Notes: generated from the sequence alone by a model not told the origin. A stretch of 64,000 bases of DNA from an uncultured Methanoregulaceae archaeon (GCA_963701095.1 OY969564.1:1824001-1888000); one strand, 5' to 3'; numbered from the stretch's first letter, positions 1-11,518 are shown. Numbers and translations are program-made.

Positions 1-159
1 TTCAACCGGCTTCTCTACCATGCGTGCCTGATCCAGGCAATCTTCTCGGGACTTATCGCCGGCCAGATGGGAGAGGCTTCACTTGCGGCAGGAGTAAAAC
101 ATTCCTGCATCATGCTGATTATCTCTCTTGTCACGTTCAGTTTCATCATTGTTACGTAA
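1..159 (+). CDS. C-terminal fragment of a type II secretion system F (TadC/ArlJ-like) membrane protein
   Basis: Frame 1 reads FNRLLYHACLIQAIFSGLIAGQMGEASLAAGVKHSCIMLIISLVTFSFIIVT*, typical of archaeal T2SS-F C-termini; truncated by window edge. Confidence 0.7.
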   Translation, partial: FNRLLYHACLIQAIFSGLIAGQMGEASLAAGVKHSCIMLIISLVTFSFIIVT

Positions 160-250
160 AGCAATACGCCGGAGTTTTCTTTTTGTTTAAGACCTGCAAA
201 CAGGCATAAATAATAGAATGGGAAGATTAGAGTAGTGAGGTGATTGCTGC

Positions 251-406
251 ATGTGTAGTGTTGGCGGACCAACGGATATTGATCTTCCCCCCGACCGGGT
301 CACTGCAAAGGATTACCGGTGCAAAGAATGCGGGGAACGGTTCAAGGGGATTGGCAAGCGGCCCATGTGTCCCTCCTGCCAGTCTGAAGATGTAACCGAG
401 CTATGA
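251..406 (+). CDS. 51-aa zinc-ribbon protein (not in ORF track)
   Basis: MCSVGGPTDIDLPPDRVTAKDYRCKECGERFKGIGKRPMCPSCQSEDVTEL*; two CxxC pairs; GAGGTGA RBS at 237-243; ATGA overlap with next gene. Confidence 0.85.
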   Translation: MCSVGGPTDIDLPPDRVTAKDYRCKECGERFKGIGKRPMCPSCQSEDVTEL

Positions 407-918
407 ACAATTCCGCCTGTGACGACGTTCTGATCGTGAAAGGCGCTCATTCTTTTCTGCTTGTCGCACCAGTCCGAGAAAATTTTGCACTTTGTCTCGA
501 AACCCGCGACAATGAATATGTTCAGGGAGTTCACGCTGGCGATGTGGTGGTAGTTTCAGCCCCGGAAGATGGTCCCGTTGAACCCGCACTTATGATTCTG
601 GAGCTTGTCAGGACGTACCATCTGCCCGTTATTGTCCTCCCCCGGAACCACCCGGGATCGAAACGGATCCCGTATGTTATTTCGGTCGCACCTGAAATCC
701 AGACCAGCTGCTCTGTCGTCCGTGGAACACACCCGGAACAGCATCTCATCTGTTCCTCGGATGAACTTGCAGGCCTGACTATCCGCATGACCCGGGAGGG
801 TATTACTCTTTTTCCGCTTGCCGATACGTTTACCCTTGAAAAGATACAGTCGGCAGGTATCGCACATTTCTCTCCCGAATCCAGCTCCCTGAACGAATCT
901 CATAAAAAACCGACCTGA
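403..918 (+). CDS. Hypothetical protein
   Basis: 171-aa ORF translationally coupled to the zinc-ribbon gene; protein-like composition. Confidence 0.75.
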   Translation: MNNSACDDVLIVKGAHSFLLVAPVRENFALCLETRDNEYVQGVHAGDVVVVSAPEDGPVEPALMILELVRTYHLPVIVLPRNHPGSKRIPYVISVAPEIQTSCSVVRGTHPEQHLICSSDELAGLTIRMTREGITLFPLADTFTLEKIQSAGIAHFSPESSSLNESHKKPT

Positions 919-986
919 AATCGTAAATAACAATACATATATTGTGATTTTCACCAAGTATTGTACTGCCGTGAGTGGAGGGTTGG

Positions 987-1316
987 ATGAAAACTGAGGT
1001 CCTTAATGACATCAAGAAAACTGAAACTGAGTATCAGTCGATGATCAGTGCGGCACAGGAAGAAAAAAAGAAAAGACATGCCCAGGCCGAGCTGGAAGCT
1101 GATAACCTTATAGCAAAGGCGCAGAGCAATGCTGAACACTATAAAAAGCTGAAACTGGAAGAAGCACGGCACCAGGCAGCACAAAAGCACGCCGAGATCC
1201 TTAAGGAAGGCAATCAGCGTTCAGCGGCATTGAAGGAGAAGGGCAAAAATAACCTTTCAAAGGCAGTGCAGCTGCTGGTATCGCGGTTTAAGGAGCAGCT
1301 GCATGTTAGCGCCTAA
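987..1316 (+). CDS. atpH: A1Ao ATP synthase subunit H
   Basis: Charged helical protein MKTEVLNDIKKTE..., first gene of the operon; GGAGG RBS upstream. Confidence 0.9.
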   Translation: MKTEVLNDIKKTETEYQSMISAAQEEKKKRHAQAELEADNLIAKAQSNAEHYKKLKLEEARHQAAQKHAEILKEGNQRSAALKEKGKNNLSKAVQLLVSRFKEQLHVSA

Positions 1317-3274
1317 ACCGATGACCCGTGTACTCATCGTCAGCTTCGCGTGATCAGGCTGTGCCTATTATACAGGAACTGTACCGGGAGCACTTGTTCC
1401 ACATCGAAGATTATGTGGATCAGGGTCGTGTGGAATATGAAGGCTTTAAGATCGGGACACCCCTCGAAGGGGCTACCGAAGCATCTACCGAGCTTATCAA
1501 AGTAAGGGCGATTGAGAATGTTTTTGCAATCCGTGGAGAAGACATTGATGCAAAACAGAAACTGAGCCTTCCCCAGATCAGCTCGCAGATCGAACAGGAG
1601 CTTCCCGGCATCGAAAAAGAAGTCGAAGAACTTGCTGGTGCCCGCTCGAAGCTTGATACGAAAGCTAAAGAGTTCGAGCAGAAGATTGCAGAACTTGCAC
1701 CGTTCCTGGAGATTCCGGTGGATCTTGCTCTTTTACGTGGGTTGCGGTTTTTCAGTGTCTTTGCCGGTTACGTGAACGGCAACCTGATCCTGAATGTTCC
1801 CCACGAAATGCAGGTTGTAAAAAGCAAGGAGCGGTCTTTTGTTCTTGCTATTGTTCCTGAAAAGAACAGAGCGGAAACCGAACGGCTCCTGCAGGATGTA
1901 CAGTTCCAGGCAGTCACAATTCCCGAAGAAAACGGCTCAGCCCCGGAACGGACTGCTTATTACACAGAGCAGATCGCCGGTCTTAAAAAAGAGATCGCTG
2001 CGATCAACGAAAAACTCGCCGGGATCAAAGAATCCCATACCGGATTACTGGTTGCCTGCGAGGAAGCGTTCCGGGCGAAGATCGAGCAGGCTGAAGCTCC
2101 CCTGCGTTTTGCCACAACTTCGAAAGTGTTTGTGGCAGAGGGCTGGGTTCCCGCGGATAGCGCTAAGGGTATCGGTGCGGCGCTGGACAAAGTAACCGGC
2201 GGAAAAGTGTTTGTTACAGAACTCCCGGTAGATCCGGTTCACGATGCGGTACCGGTAGAGTACAACAATCCGTCATTTGCAAAACCTACACAGATGCTCA
2301 TGGATATTTACTCACGCCCAATGTACACTGAAGTAGATCCGACGCTGATGCTGGCCATCGTATTTCCGATCTTCTTTGGTTTTATTCTCGGTGACGTTGG
2401 ATACGGTCTGTTGCTCCTGATTATGTGTTTTGCACTCCGCAGCATGTTAAAGGGAGATGAGGGCCAGCAGTTCCTTGTCGTTCTCAGGAATGCAAGTATA
2501 ATGAGTATTATATTCGGTCTCCTGTTCAGTGAGTGCCTGGGATTCGAACTTCCCTGGGCGCCGATCATTTACAGCCGGCACCTCAACATAGGGGGAGCCG
2601 AAGCCGGAGCGGGACCTATGATCCCGGAGCTCCTGATTCTGACGGTCTGGATCGGTATTTTGCATATTACGCTCGGCCGGAGCCTTGGTATAATCAATCA
2701 TGCACGTCAGGATCATGGCGAGCACCGGATAAAAGCTGTTCTCGCTAATCTCGGCTGGATCACCGTCATGTGGGGTATTCTTATTGCCATCTGGTCGATG
2801 TTTGCAATTCCCCTTATGCCGGACCTTACAAAACTCCCGGTGGTTGTTGCAGGGCTTTCTCTTGGTCTGGTTATTGCGATTGTGTTCATTGTTTTCGGAG
2901 TTATCTTCATTGCACGGGATGCGATTCTCGACATTGTTGAACTCCCTACGATTATCTCGCATGTGCTATCGTATGCACGTCTTATGGCGGTCGGCCTTTC
3001 ATCAGTGGCCATCGCAATGGTAGTAAATTACATGTCTATTGGCATGTTCATCGGACCCGCCTTGAAAAATATATCGATCTTAGGAATTCTTATGATTATA
3101 ATCGGCGTCCTGGTCTTTTTGCTGGGACATGCCCTTAATCTGGCATTGGGCATTTTGGGCGGCGGGCTCCACTCAATCAGGTTGCATTACGTTGAATTCT
3201 TCACCAAATTCTATAAAGGTGGAGGCAGGAAGTACAATCCATTTGGAATGAAACGAAGATTTACGGAGGATTAG
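1303..3274 (+). CDS. atpI: A1Ao ATP synthase subunit I (a); +1 frameshift near 1340, likely sequence error
   Basis: ATG 1303 gives MLAPKPMTRVLI, joins ORF 1328..3274; motifs GDVGYG, LSYARLMA, LHSIRLHYVEFFTKFY. Confidence 0.95.
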
Positions 3275-3277
3275 ATT

Positions 3278-3526
3278 ATGGCAGACGTTAACATGACTCT
3301 TGATATGGTTCAGGCATCGCAGGCTGGAATGAAGGCAATCGGCGCAGGTCTCGCCGTTGGTCTCACCGGTGTGGGTACCGGTGTTGCTGAGATGGGGATC
3401 GGTGCTGCGGCCGTCGGTGCAATCGCGGAGAACAAGGATTTCTTCGGGCTTGGCCTGCTTTTCACGGTCATTCCGGAAACCATCGTTATTTTCGGTCTTG
3501 TCATTGCACTTCTGCTCCTGTTCTAA
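3278..3526 (+). CDS. atpK: A1Ao ATP synthase subunit K (c), single hairpin
   Basis: 82-aa two-helix proteolipid with Gly-rich helix 1 and PETIVIFG. Confidence 0.95.
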   Translation: MADVNMTLDMVQASQAGMKAIGAGLAVGLTGVGTGVAEMGIGAAAVGAIAENKDFFGLGLLFTVIPETIVIFGLVIALLLLF

Positions 3527-3540
3527 TTGCGAGGCAGACA

Positions 3541-4118
3541 ATGGGACTGGAAGCAGTACCTGGAAGAGATTAGGGAAAAAGGCAAAAAAGAAGCGGATGC
3601 TATACGGGCTGAATCCCAGAAGGATGCTGACCGGATTCTTGCGGAAGCAAACCAGAAGGTAGCCGGAATCAAGGGTGACGCCGAGGACGCCTCAGCAAAA
3701 CAGGCAACACGGATAGTCTCCCAGGAAATCTCGGCCGCAAACCTTCTTGTCAAACGTGAGATTCTCAACACGCAAAAAGAGCTCCTTGATGATGTGTTTG
3801 AGAGCACCCGTTCAGAAATTGCCCGGCTCCCTGAAAGCTTCCATCGTGAAGCAATCAAAAAACTCCTTTCGGAAGCAAAAAAGGAGATCCCCCGGGGAAC
3901 GATTCACTGTAATGCAAGGGATGTTGCAACAGCAAAGGCTGTTCTTGCCGAGAAGGAATTCTCGGGCTATACCTTGGGCGATGCAGTCGATATCGACGGG
4001 GGGATCCTTATTGAAGGCGAAGGCAATGAGCTGCAGATCGATTACAGCTATCTGTACGTTCATGAACAAAGTATGGGAATCCGGGCTCAAGGATGCATCT
4101 GATCTCCTCTTCGGATAA
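3541..4118 (+). CDS. atpE: A1Ao ATP synthase subunit E; two +1 frameshifts (~3560, ~4053)
   Basis: ATG 3541 MGLEAV joins LEEIREKG... then ...IDYSY joins TFMNKVWESGLKDASDLLFG*; operon position. Confidence 0.9.
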
Positions 4119-4130
4119 GGTGGTGTACCG

Positions 4131-5185
4131 ATGGCAGGGATGAAAGGCATTTCAGCGCCTACTATCTACGTCTGTACCAGGATGAGGGTGAGGAAGTCCA
4201 AGCTTCTCCCCGGGAAGAATTCATGAGGATGCTCAACATGAGTCTTCCCGAGATTACCCGTGTCATCGAAGAGACGTCTTACAAACAGGAAATCGATGAG
4301 CTGGGTACCACCTTTAAAGGGATTGATCTTCTCGAAGTGGCCTTAAGCTGGAACCTTGCAAAAGAATACCAGCGGATCCAGGAAATCACTCCGGGACCGC
4401 TCAAGCAGTTCACCAGGGCGTACCTCCGCTATTGGGACATCCAGAACGTCCTTACTATACTTCGCGGCAAAACCCAGGGGGAGAAAACCGGTAAGATAAA
4501 GGAAGTCCTTGTCCCGGCCGGGATCCTTGATAAGGTAATCCTCGACCGGCTCCTTGCCGAGGATGGCCCTGACCGCGTCATCGACGCCCTTAAAGGACGA
4601 AGAATCTACCCTGTGCTCGCCCGCGAGTACCCCGTGGCAAAAGAAACCGGTTCGTTTGCCAGGATGGAAAATGAGCTGTACAAGCAGTTCTATGCAGAGC
4701 TTATCGCAGAATCTGCCGGCGGGGATGCCGGTGGCCGGCTCTTCCTTGGCTTTGTCCGGCTGGATATTGACATTAAAAATATTATGACCCTTTTCCGGCT
4801 GCGGGCTGATAAAATCCAGGAAGACGCTAAGGAAATGTATATCCCCGGCGGCACGATCACCCCTGCAGACTTTGCTGCATTAAACACGATGCAGGATTAC
4901 CGGGAATTCACTGACCAGCTCAGGGCAAAAGTTCGCACCGAGCCGGTGGTTGAGCTCCTTAAGGGTCTTGAGATTGAAAGGCCGGTTCATGAAATTGCAT
5001 CGCTTCTTGTGCGGGTGCAGATGGATCAGATGGAGAAACTCTCAAAACGCAACCCCTTCTCCATCTATCCCATACTCGTGTATCTGGAAAAAAAGAAGTA
5101 TGAAGTGTTCAACCTTCGTGCACTGGCACGGGGAAAAGAATCCAAGCTCTCCCCGGAAATGATCGGGAAATACCTGGTGATGTAA
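4131..5185 (+). CDS. atpC: A1Ao ATP synthase subunit C; -1 frameshift near 4210
   Basis: ATG 4131 ...[12 protein letters not shown] joins [15 protein letters not shown]-terminal [12 protein letters not shown]. Confidence 0.92.
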
Positions 5186-5186
5186 C

Positions 5187-5489
5187 ATGGAGATTGCAGT
5201 TATAGGCAATAGTGAGTTTATTCTCGGGTTCCGGTTGGCGGGTATCCGCAAGACCTACGCCGCGGAAAACGACGAGAAACTCAACGAGTACATTACCAGC
5301 GCCCTTGCAGATGGACAAGTAGGAATTCTTGTCCTGAACAGCAGCGATATGGAACGGCTTCCGCGCCGGCTCCGTGCAACGCTTGAAAATTCCGTTAAGC
5401 CAACAGTGATCGCTCTTGGCGGTGAGGAAGGGGGGCTGTCCATGAGAGAGAAAATCAAGAGATCGGTGGGTGTTGATCTGTGGAAATGA
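5187..5489 (+). CDS. atpF: A1Ao ATP synthase subunit F
   Basis: [20 protein letters not shown] ... [10 protein letters not shown] signature. Confidence 0.97.
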   Translation: MEIAVIGNSEFILGFRLAGIRKTYAAENDEKLNEYITSALADGQVGILVLNSSDMERLPRRLRATLENSVKPTVIALGGEEGGLSMREKIKRSVGVDLWK

Positions 5490-7246
5490 AAACTGAAAAA
5501 AACAAAGAGGCAAAACAGGGCATTCTCAAAAGAATCTCCGGCCCCGTGGTTACGGCAGTCAATCTTGACGCCCACATGTACGATGTGGTCAAGGTCGGTA
5601 AAGAAGCGCTGATGGGTGAAGTCATCAAGATCCAGGGAGATAACGTCATTATCCAGGTATATGAGGACACTTCGGGTATCAGACCCGGCGAGCCGGTTGT
5701 AAACACCGGACTCTCGCTTGCCGTGGAACTCGGACCCGGTCTCCTCACCAGTATTTATGATGGAATCCAGCGCCCGCTTTCCGTGCTCGTGGAAAAAATG
5801 GGAAATTTTATCGAGCGTGGTGTATCTGCGCCCGGTCTTTCCCATGAGAAGAAATGGACTTTTAAACCGCTCATCAAATCCGGCGACAAGGTCGAACCAG
5901 GAGCGATCCTAGGTGAAGTGCAGGAAACAAATATCGTCCACCGGGTAATGCTCCCCCCTAACGTGAAAGCCGGGGTCGTTAAGACGATTAAGAGCGGGGA
6001 TTTCACTGTTGACGAGATCATATGCGTTCTCGAAGACGGCCGTGAATACCCGATGATCCAGCGTTGGCCGGTCCGTGTACCCCGTCCTGTCAGGGAGAAG
6101 AAGAATCCGACGATCCCGCTGATCACCGGTCAGCGTATCCTCGATGGTTTGTTCCCTATTGCGAAGGGTGGCACGGCAGCAATTCCCGGCCCGTTTGGGA
6201 GCGGCAAAACGGTCACCCAGCAGCAGCTGGCCAAATGGTCGGATGCAGAGATCGTGGTCTATATCGGCTGCGGTGAACGTGGCAACGAAATGACCGAAGT
6301 TCTTACCGAATTCCCGCATCTCGAGGACCCAAAATCAGGCAAACCGCTCATGGAGCGGACAGTGCTTATCGCAAATACTTCAAATATGCCGGTGGCTGCA
6401 CGTGAAGCTTCGGTATATACCGGTATTACGATCGCAGAGTACTTCCGAGATATGGGGTACGACGTCTCGCTTATGGCTGATTCAACATCCCGCTGGGCAG
6501 AAGCCATGCGTGAAATCTCAAGTCGTCTTGAGGAGATGCCTGGTGAAGAAGGATACCCGGCCTACCTCGCAGCCCGGCTTTCTGAATTCTACGAGCGTGC
6601 GGGTCTTGTCGAGACCCTGAACGGCGCATCCGGGTCGGTCTCCGTCATCGGTGCGGTCTCACCACCTGGTGGTGACTTCTCAGAACCTGTTACCCAGAAC
6701 ACGCTGCGTATCGTTAAGGTCTTCTGGGCACTGGATGCCAAGCTTTCCCAGCGCCGACATTTCCCGGCAATCAACTGGCTCAATTCGTACTCTCTGTACC
6801 TTGAAGCCCTCCACGACTGGTACGATAAGGAAGTCTCACCCGACTGGAACAAGATCCGGTCTTGGGCAATGGAGATCCTTCAGAAAGAGGCGGAACTACA
6901 GGAAATAGTGCAGCTTGTCGGTTCCGACGCCCTGCCTGAATCGGAACAAGTGACTATCGAAGTCGCCCGAATGATCCGTGAGATATTCCTCCAGCAGAAC
7001 GCGTACGACGCCGTTGATACTTTCTGCGATATGAAAAAGCAGTACGATATGATGAAATCGATAAAGCTCTTCGCGGAGCTTGCCTATGCTGCCCAGCTTG
7101 CAGGAGTAACCCCGTCGCAAATCAACGGTGTTAAATCCAAAAATGAGCTGCCCCAGATCAAGTTCATCAAAGACTACAAAGAGCCTCTTGCCAAGATTGA
7201 GAAGGATATGGACACTGAGTTCAACACACTGAGGTCGGCAGCATGA
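5480..7246 (+). CDS. atpA: A1Ao ATP synthase subunit A (no intein)
   Basis: Walker [27 protein letters not shown]; 588 aa. Confidence 0.99.
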   Translation: MEMKTEKNKEAKQGILKRISGPVVTAVNLDAHMYDVVKVGKEALMGEVIKIQGDNVIIQVYEDTSGIRPGEPVVNTGLSLAVELGPGLLTSIYDGIQRPLSVLVEKMGNFIERGVSAPGLSHEKKWTFKPLIKSGDKVEPGAILGEVQETNIVHRVMLPPNVKAGVVKTIKSGDFTVDEIICVLEDGREYPMIQRWPVRVPRPVREKKNPTIPLITGQRILDGLFPIAKGGTAAIPGPFGSGKTVTQQQLAKWSDAEIVVYIGCGERGNEMTEVLTEFPHLEDPKSGKPLMERTVLIANTSNMPVAAREASVYTGITIAEYFRDMGYDVSLMADSTSRWAEAMREISSRLEEMPGEEGYPAYLAARLSEFYERAGLVETLNGASGSVSVIGAVSPPGGDFSEPVTQNTLRIVKVFWALDAKLSQRRHFPAINWLNSYSLYLEALHDWYDKEVSPDWNKIRSWAMEILQKEAELQEIVQLVGSDALPESEQVTIEVARMIREIFLQQNAYDAVDTFCDMKKQYDMMKSIKLFAELAYAAQLAGVTPSQINGVKSKNELPQIKFIKDYKEPLAKIEKDMDTEFNTLRSAA

Positions 7247-8631
7247 AGGAATACAGGACGATCACTAAAATTGCCGGTCCTCTCGTATTCGTCGAGAAGA
7301 CCGAACCTATTGCTTACGGAGAACTAGTCAACATTGTCCTTTTTGATGGCACCACCAAACGCGGCCAGGTGCTGGACACAAGCGACGAACTGGTCGTTGT
7401 CCAGATCTTTGAGACCACTACCGGTATAGGTAAAGACAGCGGGGTCCGGTTTACCGGCGAGACTATCAAGATGCCAGTTGGCCATGAGATGTTGGGGCGT
7501 ATCCTTTCAGGCGGCGGTAAACCAATCGACGGTGGTCCGGAGATTGTCCCGGAGAAACGCCTCGATATTACCGGTGCTGCGATTAACCCCTATGCCCGCG
7601 GTATGCCGGCAGAATTCATCCAGACCGGTATCTCAACTATTGATGGTACCAACACTCTCGTCCGTGGTCAGAAACTCCCGATCTTCTCAGGCGCGGGTCT
7701 GCCGCACAACAACGTTGCTTTGCAGATTGCCCGGCAGGCAAAAGTTCCCGGCTCGACTGAAAGTTTTGCTGTGGTCTTTGCTGCGATGGGAATCACCAAG
7801 GAAGAAGCCAATTACTTCATGCAGGACTTTGAGCGCACTGGAGCTCTCGAACGTGCTGTCGTCTTCCTTAATCTCGCAGATGACCCTGCTGTAGAACGTA
7901 TCATCACCCCGCGTCTTGCCCTTACAACTGCAGAATACCTTGCTTTCGAACTGGGTATGCATGTACTGGTCATATTGACGGACATGACCAACTATTGCGA
8001 AGCACTCCGTCAGATTGGTGCAGCCAGGGAAGAAGTTCCCGGTCGGCGTGGCTATCCCGGGTACATGTACACGGATCTTGCCAACATCTACGAACGTGCC
8101 GGTATGATCAAGGGCTTGAAAGGCTCAGTTACCCAGATCCCGATCCTTACGATGCCAGGTGACGACATTACCCATCCGATCCCCGATCTGACTGGCTACA
8201 TCACTGAAGGCCAGATCGTGGTCAACCGTGAACTGCACCGCAAGGGTATCTATCCACCTATCAACGTTCTGCCCTCACTTTCACGGCTGATGAACCTGGG
8301 TATTGGTAAGGGACATACCCGGGAAGACCACAAGAAAGTCTCAGACCAGATGTACGCTGGCTACGCTGAAGGAAACGATCTCCGTGGCCTCGTTGCAATC
8401 GTTGGTAAGGATGCACTCTCTGAACGAGACCGGTTACTCCTTGAGTTTGCCGATCTCTTCGAGAACCGTTTTGTCCGTCAGGGATACGATGAAGACCGCA
8501 CCATTGAGGATACATTGAACCTTGGATGGGACCTTCTCTCAACGTTACCGGTGGAACAGCTCACCCGTATCGACCGCGATCTGATCAACAAGTACCACCC
8601 GAAATTTAAAGCCGGTGCAAAGAAGGAGTAA
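7243..8631 (+). CDS. atpB: A1Ao ATP synthase subunit B
   Basis: [39 protein letters not shown]. Confidence 0.99.
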   Translation: MKEYRTITKIAGPLVFVEKTEPIAYGELVNIVLFDGTTKRGQVLDTSDELVVVQIFETTTGIGKDSGVRFTGETIKMPVGHEMLGRILSGGGKPIDGGPEIVPEKRLDITGAAINPYARGMPAEFIQTGISTIDGTNTLVRGQKLPIFSGAGLPHNNVALQIARQAKVPGSTESFAVVFAAMGITKEEANYFMQDFERTGALERAVVFLNLADDPAVERIITPRLALTTAEYLAFELGMHVLVILTDMTNYCEALRQIGAAREEVPGRRGYPGYMYTDLANIYERAGMIKGLKGSVTQIPILTMPGDDITHPIPDLTGYITEGQIVVNRELHRKGIYPPINVLPSLSRLMNLGIGKGHTREDHKKVSDQMYAGYAEGNDLRGLVAIVGKDALSERDRLLLEFADLFENRFVRQGYDEDRTIEDTLNLGWDLLSTLPVEQLTRIDRDLINKYHPKFKAGAKKE

Positions 8632-8640
8632 AGGTATCCC

Positions 8641-9270
8641 ATGGCGCTACGCGATATCAAGCCAACCCGTTCAGAATTGATCAATCTCAAAAGGAAGATC
8701 CAGCTTTCAGAACGCGGCTATAAGATCCTCAAGATGAAGCGCGATGGACTGATCTTAGAATTTTTCAAGATCCTTTCCGAGGCAAAAGACAGCCGAGGAG
8801 AGCTCCTGAGAAAGTACAAGCAAGCCGTAGATATGATGGCTGTGGCAAACACAGTTGAAGGAGCTATTGGCGTCAAGTCGGCGGCATTCTCAGTAAAAGA
8901 GGTGCCGGTTATCACGCTGAAGAGCAAAAACATTATGGGCGTAGTGGTTCCTGAAATTGAATCCTCGAAAGTGAAAAAAACCCTCACCGACCGGGGATAC
9001 GGTGTTCTTGGTACTTCACCGGTAATCGATGAAACGGCGTCAGCGTTCGAGGATCTGGTAGAATCCATCATCGAGAGCGCTGAGATCGAGACAACCATGA
9101 AACGTCTCCTTGATGAGATCGAAAAGACCAAACGCCGGGTCAATGCACTTGAGTTCAAGGTTATCCCGGAGCTCACTGAGGCCCGGGATTTCATCAAGAT
9201 GCGTCTTGACGAAATGGAACGTGAGGAACTTTTCAGGATGAAGAAAATCAAGGCCCGGGGTTCGGCGTAA
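8641..9270 (+). CDS. atpD: A1Ao ATP synthase subunit D
   Basis: KPTRSELI, GYKILKMKRDGL, TKRRVNALE. Confidence 0.98.
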   Translation: MALRDIKPTRSELINLKRKIQLSERGYKILKMKRDGLILEFFKILSEAKDSRGELLRKYKQAVDMMAVANTVEGAIGVKSAAFSVKEVPVITLKSKNIMGVVVPEIESSKVKKTLTDRGYGVLGTSPVIDETASAFEDLVESIIESAEIETTMKRLLDEIEKTKRRVNALEFKVIPELTEARDFIKMRLDEMEREELFRMKKIKARGSA

Positions 9271-9289
9271 CCCTGGGAGGTGTGGCAGT

Positions 9290-10504
9290 ATGCCTATTGG
9301 TACCCTCCGGGATCTGGAGTGTAGCGGAAAGACAGTACTACTCCGTCTGGATTTAAACTCCCCTATTGATCCCAACTCCCATCTTATTCTTGATGATAAA
9401 CGATTCAGGGAGCACCTGCCGACAGTTCGTGCTCTTTCAGATTGTCGGGTAGTGATCGTTACCCACCAAAGCCGGCCGGGAAAGAAAGATTTTACCACGC
9501 TTGAAGCCCATGCGGGAAAACTGGAAGATCTTCTGGGAACGCCGGTTACCTACATTGACAGCGTGTTTGGCCGGCATGCAAAAGATGCGGTGAATGCTTC
9601 AAAGCCCGGCGATATCCTGATGCTTGAGAACGTTCGGTTTGCAGCAGAAGAAAACCTCACGATGAAACCGGATGAAGCAAAAAAGACGCATCTTGTGAAA
9701 AAGCTCTCCTCTATGGCTGATTTTTTCGTCAATGATGCATTCGGGACTGCCCACCGGTCCCAACCGACGGTCGTAGGGCTTCCTCTTGCTATGAAATCAG
9801 CTGCTGGTCTCCTCATGGAAAAGGAGGTCGCCACGCTCTCGAAAGTTTTTACCGGTGCCCCACGCCCGGTCTGCATGGTCCTCGGAGGTACCAAAGTTGA
9901 TGATTCAATAGAAGTTGCCGCCCACGTACTCGAAAACGGTATTGCGGATAGTGTAATCGTGATAGGCGTGGTTGCAAATGTCTTCTATCTCGCAGCCGGG
10001 TACGATATAGGTAAACCCTCAACCCAGCTTATCGAGCAGCTCAAGTATTCTGCCGAGATCAAAAAGGCACAGGATATCCTGGCAAAGTTTAGTGACCGGG
10101 TAATCCTGCCTTTTTCGGTTGCTGTGCGGCAGAACGGCAAGCGGGCAGAATATCCCATCGACAAGATCCCTGCAGACGCCCCGGTTATGGATCTTGGAAT
10201 GGATTCACTTGCCCGGCTCGTTTCGACCCTTAAAAAGTCAGGAACCGTTGTCTTTAATGGTCCTGCCGGTGTGTTCGAGGACCCGGATTTTGCCACGGGA
10301 ACCTTCGAATTACTTCGTGCTGCGGCAAAGGTCGAATTCTCGGTTGTCGGTGGAGGACACACTGCGGCCGTGATTGAGAAACTTGGAATAACTAACGATT
10401 TCACGCACATCTCTACCGGTGGCGGGGCCTGTATTGAGTTTTTAACCGGAAAGAAACTTCCGGCCGTAGAAGCCCTTGAAGAGTCCTACAAGATCTTCGG
10501 GTGA
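9290..10504 (+). CDS. pgk: Phosphoglycerate kinase
   Basis: RLDLNSP, LENVRF, NDAFGTAHR, HISTGGGA. Confidence 0.98.
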   Translation: MPIGTLRDLECSGKTVLLRLDLNSPIDPNSHLILDDKRFREHLPTVRALSDCRVVIVTHQSRPGKKDFTTLEAHAGKLEDLLGTPVTYIDSVFGRHAKDAVNASKPGDILMLENVRFAAEENLTMKPDEAKKTHLVKKLSSMADFFVNDAFGTAHRSQPTVVGLPLAMKSAAGLLMEKEVATLSKVFTGAPRPVCMVLGGTKVDDSIEVAAHVLENGIADSVIVIGVVANVFYLAAGYDIGKPSTQLIEQLKYSAEIKKAQDILAKFSDRVILPFSVAVRQNGKRAEYPIDKIPADAPVMDLGMDSLARLVSTLKKSGTVVFNGPAGVFEDPDFATGTFELLRAAAKVEFSVVGGGHTAAVIEKLGITNDFTHISTGGGACIEFLTGKKLPAVEALEESYKIFG

Positions 10505-10565
10505 GCGTCCCTCATCTCCCTTTTTACATCCGATGGTCCCGCAAGGAATGCGGGTTAAAAAAAGT

Positions 10566-11057
10566 TCAGGAATGCCTGAGCAGGATATCGATCGCAGTAG
10601 GTGATATTCGCCGTGCTGGCTTAGCTTTGGCAATAACCGGCGAAGGTACCTTCATACCCGTAGTCTTTTCCAGCTGGACACGTGCAGTCTCGATGGCAGC
10701 CTCCCGTTCGATGGAAAGAATAGCCTCCTGTCTTCTTTTAAGGGCACAGAGTACGGCAAAAGAGAAAGCAAGTGCAGTGAACAGGAAAAGGAAGGTGGCA
10801 AAGATCATAGTGATTCCTGATATCATCAATAGCCTATCCTGCTGCAGGACTGCCCAAAATCCAAGAAGGAAAAGAATCCAGAATATGACCACAGCCAGCC
10901 GGGTAGATTGGATGGGACTGGAAAGGCTGCGGATACGCTCATCTTCATATTCAGTAGGACACCGGTCAATTATTTTTCCCAACGCCAGGAGAGCACCACT
11001 GCAGGGAACAGAGAATACCCCAGCGATTCCAAGAATAAAAAGGAAAATGTCGTTCAC
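10566..11057 (-). CDS. Hypothetical membrane protein (about 3 TM)
   Basis: Hydrophobic segments; GAGGTGA RBS before GTG start. Confidence 0.7.
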   Translation of the reverse strand: MNDIFLFILGIAGVFSVPCSGALLALGKIIDRCPTEYEDERIRSLSSPIQSTRLAVVIFWILFLLGFWAVLQQDRLLMISGITMIFATFLFLFTALAFSFAVLCALKRRQEAILSIEREAAIETARVQLEKTTGMKVPSPVIAKAKPARRISPTAIDILLRHS

Positions 11058-11203
11058 GACTTCACCTCGTTCTAATCTCCTATTACCGGCCGCGCTATAA
11101 ATAGTATTCCATAAGTATTACATAAAGAATAATTTGGAAAAACGGTATTACAAAAAAGGGTTAGAACAGTCTATTTATAGTATTCTGGCTCATTTAGTAG
11201 AGA

Positions 11204-11518
11204 ATGGTCGAGAAGGTACCGTTAAACCGGGGCGAAAGAGTTGCAATCTCCTATAAAATGCCCCCCAATATCTACGATAAGGTCAATAAGCTCGTTTATG
11301 AGGAAAAGAAGTTCTCCACGGTCTCGGATTGTATCACGCAAGCTTTATTATCTTTCGTCGATAATCACCACGATATGGGGCAGTTCAAGGAACTGCTTAA
11401 GGATTATATGTCCTCTGATGAAGGTCGCGAACTTATGAAAAATATGATGAAAGAAGTATTGCTGGACGTTCTTTCGACCCAGAAACTGAACCCAAACGAA
11501 CGCAAAGGTAATCCTTAA
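11204..11518 (+). CDS. Ribbon-helix-helix (CopG/MetJ-like) protein
   Basis: VAISYKMPPNIYDKVNKLVYEEKKFSTVSDCITQAL fits the beta-alpha-alpha RHH pattern. Confidence 0.7.
   Translation: MVEKVPLNRGERVAISYKMPPNIYDKVNKLVYEEKKFSTVSDCITQALLSFVDNHHDMGQFKELLKDYMSSDEGRELMKNMMKEVLLDVLSTQKLNPNERKGNP

Noticed and set aside
1351..1353. In-frame TGA early in atpI as possible selenocysteine or readthrough
   Set aside because: The coding sequence continues in a different frame, so it is an indel
5480..7246. Inteins in AtpA (also checked aIF5B and TFB)
   Set aside because: Normal lengths and uninterrupted motifs
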